From Nakamurella sp. (lineage in GTDB: Bacteria; Actinomycetota; Actinomycetes; Mycobacteriales; Nakamurellaceae), in NCBI RefSeq assembly GCF_048594475.1, contig NZ_JBMDXT010000162.1:2093-66092 (forward strand): a stretch of DNA of 64,000 bases, written 5' to 3'. The notes under the pieces are model-generated. The model saw only the letters and a program-made list of their open reading frames with translations, was not told the DNA's origin and ran no database searches. How positions within the stretch are numbered: position 1 is the first letter of the stretch; the number at the start of each line of letters is the position of its first letter. Shown here one piece after another: positions 62,659 through 64,000 of this stretch. The translations under genes and the position numbers were made by a program.

Positions 62659-63342
62659 GTGACCGAATTGCCGCCGGACCCGGCGACCGCCAAGCCGCGC
62701 TCCGGCAATTACGACCTGATCGTCGTGCTGTTCTGCGGGCTGCTGCTCATCTCCAACATCGGGGCCACGAAGCTGATCCAGTTCGGCCCGATCATCACCG
62801 ACGGCGGGGCGATCCTGTTCCCGATGACCTACATCCTCGGCGACGTGCTGAGCGAGGTGTACGGCTTCAAGCGGGCCAAGCGGGCCATCCTGATGGGCTT
62901 CGGGCTGTCCGTCCTGGCGTCGCTGACGTTCTACCTGGTGCAGATCGCGCCCGCGGCCGACGCCTACGAGAACCAGGCCGCGTTCGAGGCGGTGCTCGGG
63001 TTCGTCCCGCGGATCGTGCTGGCCAGCATCCTGGGCTACCTGGCCGGGCAGCTGCTCAACGCCTACGTGCTGGTCAAGATCAAGGAGCGCACCCAGGAGC
63101 GCAAGCTCTGGCTCCGGCTCATCGGCTCCACGGTGGTCGGCGAGCTGGCCGACACCCTGGTCTTCTGCACGGTGGCGTTCTACGGGGTCATCACCGGGGG
63201 CGAGTTCGTCAGCTACGTCGTCACCGGCTACGTCTACAAGGTGCTCATCGAGGTCGTCTTCCTGCCGGTCACCTATCCGGTGATCGCGCTGGTCAAGCGG
63301 CACGAACCGAATTACGTGCCGGGCGCGGCCGTCCGCGTGTGA
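62659..63342 (+). CDS. yhhQ: Queuosine-precursor transporter (YhhQ/VUT family)
   Basis: Within ORF 62623-63342. GTG 62659 is tentative. Motifs: LLISNIGATKL, GGAILFPMTYILGDVLSEVYGF, LRLIGSTVVGELADTLVF. Confidence 0.85.
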   Translation: MTELPPDPATAKPRSGNYDLIVVLFCGLLLISNIGATKLIQFGPIITDGGAILFPMTYILGDVLSEVYGFKRAKRAILMGFGLSVLASLTFYLVQIAPAADAYENQAAFEAVLGFVPRIVLASILGYLAGQLLNAYVLVKIKERTQERKLWLRLIGSTVVGELADTLVFCTVAFYGVITGGEFVSYVVTGYVYKVLIEVVFLPVTYPVIALVKRHEPNYVPGAAVRV

Positions 63343-63503
63343 CCGCCCGGCGCCCCCGCGCAGCCGGCCACGGCCCACCCGGTGACGCCCCCCCAGCCGG
63401 CCCGGGGGCGGGACCGGCGATGCGTCCCGACCCGGTCCGGGGAATCGGGTCGTCGCCGCGAACTCCCGGGTTTGACCGGGCGCCGGGGGGAAACCTGTCC
63501 GTG

Positions 63504-64000
63504 ATGCGGTCGGAACGCGGGACGGGCGAGCAGCCGTCCGTCCGCCACCCCGGGCCCACCCGGGAGATCACCCGCCCCGATCCCGCGGTGGCGACGGCGG
63601 CCGCGCCGGCTCCCTTCGCCGCCGACCGGCCGGTGGTCGGGCCGGGGACCGTGCTGGACGGCCGGTACCGGCTGGACGAGGCGGCCGGCCGGGGCGGCAG
63701 CGCCACCGTCTACCGGGCGACCGACACGGTCCTGGGCCGGCGGGTCGCGGTCAAGGTCTTCCACCCCGACCAGCCGGGCACCGAGGTCTCCGAACGCCGC
63801 GCGCGGGAGATGCGGCTGGCCGCCGCGGTCAGCGATCCGCACCTGCTGGCCGTGTACGACGCGCACCTGGGCCGGCCGGACGGGACGGACGACCGCGAGG
63901 TCCCGTGCTACCTGGTGACCGAGTTCGTCGACGGTCCGAACCTGGCCGACCTCGTCACGCCCGGCGGGCTGCCGCCCGATCAGGTCCGGCAGGTCGGCGC
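63504..64000 (+). CDS. Ser/Thr protein kinase, N-terminal part (runs off the right edge)
   Basis: Open frame from ATG 63504 to the window end; not in the ORF track because it has no stop. LDGRYRLDEAAGRGGSATVYRATD, RRVAVKVF (ATP Lys), YLVTEFVDGPNLADL. Confidence 0.8.
   Translation, partial: MRSERGTGEQPSVRHPGPTREITRPDPAVATAAAPAPFAADRPVVGPGTVLDGRYRLDEAAGRGGSATVYRATDTVLGRRVAVKVFHPDQPGTEVSERRAREMRLAAAVSDPHLLAVYDAHLGRPDGTDDREVPCYLVTEFVDGPNLADLVTPGGLPPDQVRQVG

Noticed and set aside
63293-63866. 137-aa and 184-aa minus-strand ORFs at the right end
   Set aside because: They are antisense to an open plus frame that shows protein-kinase subdomains I-V, and their translations are Arg/Pro/Gly-rich.

Overview
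High-G+C chromosomal segment with actinobacterial-type, GC3-rich codon usage. I call about 60 protein-coding genes. I found no rRNA, tRNA, CRISPR array, transposase or integrase. Many long ORFs in the track are Arg/Pro/Gly-rich shadow frames; start codons were chosen by hand from RBS spacing and family N-termini.

Housekeeping content:
- lon, preceded by an HspR-type HAIR operator
- pta-ackA and kup
- a UvrD-like helicase and an AlkA-like glycosylase
- a stand-alone LigD polymerase-domain gene
- gluQ next to yhhQ
- a tryptophan-catabolic block (TrpB2-like, cupin, kynA-kynU, PaaX)
- several TetR/MFS/ABC export units
- the start of a Ser/Thr kinase at the right edge

The unusual part is about 29.3-43.1 kb, which looks A+T-richer by spot checks. 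It holds:
- a secreted S1 protease and a lipoprotein
- an orphan beta-barrel-like protein with a divergent LysR regulator
- a tightly coupled six-gene operon with three DJ-1/PfpI paralogues (one lacking the nucleophile Cys), a cupin, a HAD hydrolase and a membrane protein
- an 885-codon protein with a metzincin-type HExxHxxxxxH motif and no signal peptide, translationally coupled to a HisKA_3 kinase and a NarL regulator

The C-terminal part of that large protein appears homologous to a 165-codon protein that is coupled in the same way to a paralogous kinase/regulator pair at 8.1-10.6 kb. This suggests an undescribed three-component signalling family.

A second window-wide signal is a family of 61/80-bp intergenic repeats with GCGCGGATCA...TGATCCGCGC termini. 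There are five copies plus tandemly amplified termini, and two copies bracket the LigD-Pol gene in inverted orientation.
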